A stretch of 64,000 bases of DNA from Planctomycetota bacterium. Its GTDB lineage: Bacteria; Planctomycetota; Planctomycetia; Pirellulales; Lacipirellulaceae. Positions 61,233 to 64,000 of this stretch are shown in pieces. Where the stretch lies: positions 1 to 64,000 of the forward strand of contig JBCCXZ010000001.1 in NCBI GenBank assembly GCA_039190745.1, written 5' to 3'. The notes below the pieces were generated by a model. It was given only the letters and a program-made list of their open reading frames with translations. It was not told where the DNA came from and did not search any database. Within the stretch, counting starts at the first letter, position 1. Each line of letters opens with the position of its first letter. Position numbers and translations under genes: made by a program.

Positions 61233-62453
61233 ATGCCCGTCGCCTCTGGACAACCTGCGAAGACTGAAGAGCTTCCCTCCCAAAGCAGCGGGACTGGGGA
61301 AACGATCCGGGTCGCGCTGGTCCAGCCTTCTCTTGCGAAGTACCGGATCCCCGTCTTCCGCGAGCTTGCGGCACGCGATGGTATCGACTTGACCGTCTAC
61401 TACGGCACGCGCAGCGATTTGATCAACGCTGAGCCCGAAGGCTTCAAGGCGGTCGCGGCTCCGCTCCACAAGCTGGGGCGGGGCAACCGTTACCTCTTGC
61501 TGCACGGGGCTCAATGGGCTCACGCCACCCGCAAGGCGTGCGACGTGCTCGTGCTGAACTGGACGCCGCGCTACGCTACGCTCATCCCGTCACTATTCAA
61601 GGCCCGGTTCAACGGTGTCCCCACCGTGCTGTGGGGCCACGGGTTCTCAAAGCGCGACCGTCCCTCACGGCAAGCGATGCGGAAGTTCATCGCCGACCGA
61701 GGGTCTGCTCTGCTCTTCTACGATGCCCACACGGCGCAGAAGCAGGTGGACTCCGGGTGGGACGCGGAGCGCATCTTCGTTGCCCCCAACACGGTCGACC
61801 ATACCGGGGCTATTGAGGCCCGTAACGAATGGTCCTCCGACCCAGATCGGCTCGCGGCTTTCCGGCGGGAGCAAGGGCTGGAGCCCGGGCCAGTGCTCCT
61901 CTACGTCTCAAGGCTCGATCCCGCAAACCGGGTCGACATGCTCCTACGAGCCACGGCCAATCTCAAACACGAATGGCCGGACGTCAAAACCGTTGTAATC
62001 GGCAACGGCGACGAGGAGAGGGAGCGGCTCCGGAAGATAGTTGGTGAGCTTGGCATCGAGTCGAGCGTCATTTTTTCGCCCGGCATCTATGACGAGAAGC
62101 GGCTTGCCCCGTGGTTCCTGTCTGCAGCGGCCTATTGCTACCCGGAGAACATTGGCCTAAGTATAATTCATGCAATGGTTTACGGCGTTCCGGTAGTCAC
62201 CAGCGACCGCCGCGAGTGCCAGAATCCGGAATTCGCGGCTCTGACGCCCGGCGAGAATGGGCTGACTTACGCGCACGGCAGCTTGGAAGATCTGTCCGCG
62301 GTGCTCTCCCGCTTGCTGAGCGATACCGAGCAGCAAGGTAAGTTAAGTAGAAATGCCCACGAGACCGCGATGAGCCGGTTCCCGGTCTCGAAAATGGTAG
62401 ACGGCATGGAGGCGGCCATCCGCTACGCCTACGCCAAGCGTACGCAGGGATAA
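61233..62453 (+). CDS. GT4 family glycosyltransferase
   Basis: YRIPVF, WGHG, LYVSRL, GLSIIHAMVYGVPVVT, NG. Confidence 0.9.
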   Translation: MPVASGQPAKTEELPSQSSGTGETIRVALVQPSLAKYRIPVFRELAARDGIDLTVYYGTRSDLINAEPEGFKAVAAPLHKLGRGNRYLLLHGAQWAHATRKACDVLVLNWTPRYATLIPSLFKARFNGVPTVLWGHGFSKRDRPSRQAMRKFIADRGSALLFYDAHTAQKQVDSGWDAERIFVAPNTVDHTGAIEARNEWSSDPDRLAAFRREQGLEPGPVLLYVSRLDPANRVDMLLRATANLKHEWPDVKTVVIGNGDEERERLRKIVGELGIESSVIFSPGIYDEKRLAPWFLSAAAYCYPENIGLSIIHAMVYGVPVVTSDRRECQNPEFAALTPGENGLTYAHGSLEDLSAVLSRLLSDTEQQGKLSRNAHETAMSRFPVSKMVDGMEAAIRYAYAKRTQG

Positions 62454-62543
62454 CGCGAGCACGGAACTCGTTGTCGGGTTCTGGAACACTTCAGAGGCAG
62501 CGGCAATCGAACTAGCCGTTACGACGAGAATAGAGGTAGCCCA

Positions 62544-63935
62544 GTGTTTGCAGCGATGACATCCTCGGTGGAGAGCCTAGTTAGCTTCACGGGCTACTTC
62601 TGCGTGTTCTTTCCGGTATTGCTGGTGCTCTGGAGATACTTCCGTGCAGGCGACGATCTGGTCTCGGCGTGGAACCTCGCCTTGTTTGGTTGCATGGCGT
62701 CGCTCGGCGCCGGCGCCTTTGAGGCCCTCGACCCGCCGAACTCAGTGTTCGAGCTGTACATACCCTTTGAGTTTCCCGCGGCGCACTACGTAGACGTGGT
62801 CTACCGAACCTTCTTCTTCATGGGCTGCCTGCTGCTGTTCTATTACAGCGGCCAGCGCATCAAGAGGTTCGCCGGGAACCGGTTCATCGAAACCCCAGAG
62901 TGGTCAGGTTCGCTGCTGACTTGGGCGCTCTTTATTTGTGCGCTCTCGGTCCTCGGAGGGCTCTTCGTCCGCGTCCCGTTCTTCGGGCAGATCCTCCAGA
63001 ACCTGGGGCAGAAAGGGGCCGTGTTCGCAACGACCTTTACTTTCTACGCCTGGTACAAGAAGAAGGGTTCGATACCCGCCCTACTCCTCTTTGTGGTCGT
63101 GCTCGGCGTGGCGGCCTTGTACGTCACCCAAGTGAACCGCGGCCGGCGACTGCTGCTCACCCTCGCGATGGCCCCTGCCGCCGTGATGTACTGGACCTCC
63201 TGGCGATACAAGAAGCCGGGGCGCGTGCTGTTGTATGGGGGGGTTGCCGGTGCGGCCATTATCACCGTCGGGCTCGCTTACCAGCAGATCCGGCGGTACG
63301 ACCAGCACGGCGGCGGCGAGCGCAGCGTCGCGAATACCATCGCCGCGTTGAGCAACATCAACAGCGACGCGATCGTCGACCAGGTCTCTGGGTGGAAGCA
63401 CACGCTGGGGCAGAACGTCTTCCAGTACGCGATGCTGACCCGTCGCGCCGTCGAGTCGGGGGCCCTCGAGCCCCGCTTTTTGAACACGGTGCAGTTTACG
63501 CTTGCCTACCCGATTCCGCGGAGTTTCTGGGAAGGCAAGCCGCCCCTGGTAGGCATCATCATCATCAAAGCACTCCGTCTGGGCCACGAGACGACCTGGG
63601 GATTGAGCGTCGTCGGGCACTCCTACTACGAAGGCGGCTACCTCGCGATCGCCGTCTACGCCGTGATCATTGTGGTCCTCGTCCGATTGTTCGACGAGCC
63701 GCTCCGCAGGGAACCGGAAAACCCCTTCTTCATCGCGAGCCTGGCGGCCGGGTCGGCCTTTATCGTGTCTTGGGTCCGAGGAGACCTCGGGATCCACACC
63801 GTCGACCTGCTCGAGTGTTTCCTCTTTGCTCAGTTGCTGAACTACTCGTCACGGATGTTCTCCGCGGCCCGGCCTCTCGCCTACGCGCCGCAGTGGCAAC
63901 AGCTCGCCCCGTGGGGTTACTTTCCTAGGCAATAG
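62544..63935 (+). CDS. Wzy-like polysaccharide polymerase
   Basis: About 10 TM segments, GRR motif, large loop with PIPRSFWEGKP, late RGD; polysaccharide-locus context. Confidence 0.72.
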   Translation: MFAAMTSSVESLVSFTGYFCVFFPVLLVLWRYFRAGDDLVSAWNLALFGCMASLGAGAFEALDPPNSVFELYIPFEFPAAHYVDVVYRTFFFMGCLLLFYYSGQRIKRFAGNRFIETPEWSGSLLTWALFICALSVLGGLFVRVPFFGQILQNLGQKGAVFATTFTFYAWYKKKGSIPALLLFVVVLGVAALYVTQVNRGRRLLLTLAMAPAAVMYWTSWRYKKPGRVLLYGGVAGAAIITVGLAYQQIRRYDQHGGGERSVANTIAALSNINSDAIVDQVSGWKHTLGQNVFQYAMLTRRAVESGALEPRFLNTVQFTLAYPIPRSFWEGKPPLVGIIIIKALRLGHETTWGLSVVGHSYYEGGYLAIAVYAVIIVVLVRLFDEPLRREPENPFFIASLAAGSAFIVSWVRGDLGIHTVDLLECFLFAQLLNYSSRMFSAARPLAYAPQWQQLAPWGYFPRQ

Positions 63936-64000
63936 CCCTGCGCCCGTCTCCCCGCCTCTGTCCGATGTCCAAGGCCGAGAGTACGGCTCCACCAGGAGCC

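Noticed and set aside
63965..64000. ATG opening a possible next gene of the polysaccharide locus
   Set aside because: Only 12 codons before the window ends; cannot be supported.

Overview
GC-rich bacterial chromosomal window, almost certainly Planctomycetota (Pirellulales-like). The taxon is inferred from the gene repertoire (BBP7-type beta-barrel, Zn-ribbon SpoVG, short PheT, lipoprotein TolC, tandem clpP). It is mostly core genome: thrS-infC-rpmI-rplT-pheS-pheT, folC, transaldolase, ribD, ispE, tmk, panB, gap, tig-clpP-clpP and tRNA-Gly(GCC). It also holds a DUF3299/MacB-type ABC operon and the start of a Wzx/Wzy polysaccharide locus. No mobile element, CRISPR array or rRNA was seen. The most interesting signals are non-coding. 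(1) A candidate Csr/Rsm-type module at 29.26-31.3 kb: a promoter-driven ~300-nt structured RNA with GGA-in-loop hairpins leads into a 76-aa protein and converges, via a bidirectional terminator, on csrA, whose own Shine-Dalgarno lies in an ACGGAG hexaloop; spoVG lies upstream of csrA. (2) A candidate sigma54-dependent small RNA (~15314-15458) with its own terminator. (3) A second sigma54 promoter with an IHF-like site and a tandem enhancer-like repeat driving two small ORFs, one of which overlaps folC antisense. (4) infC appears to start at AUC. A (CA)n tract at position 1 is probably an assembly artefact. All protein calls come from motif recognition by eye; no database searches or folding programs were run.
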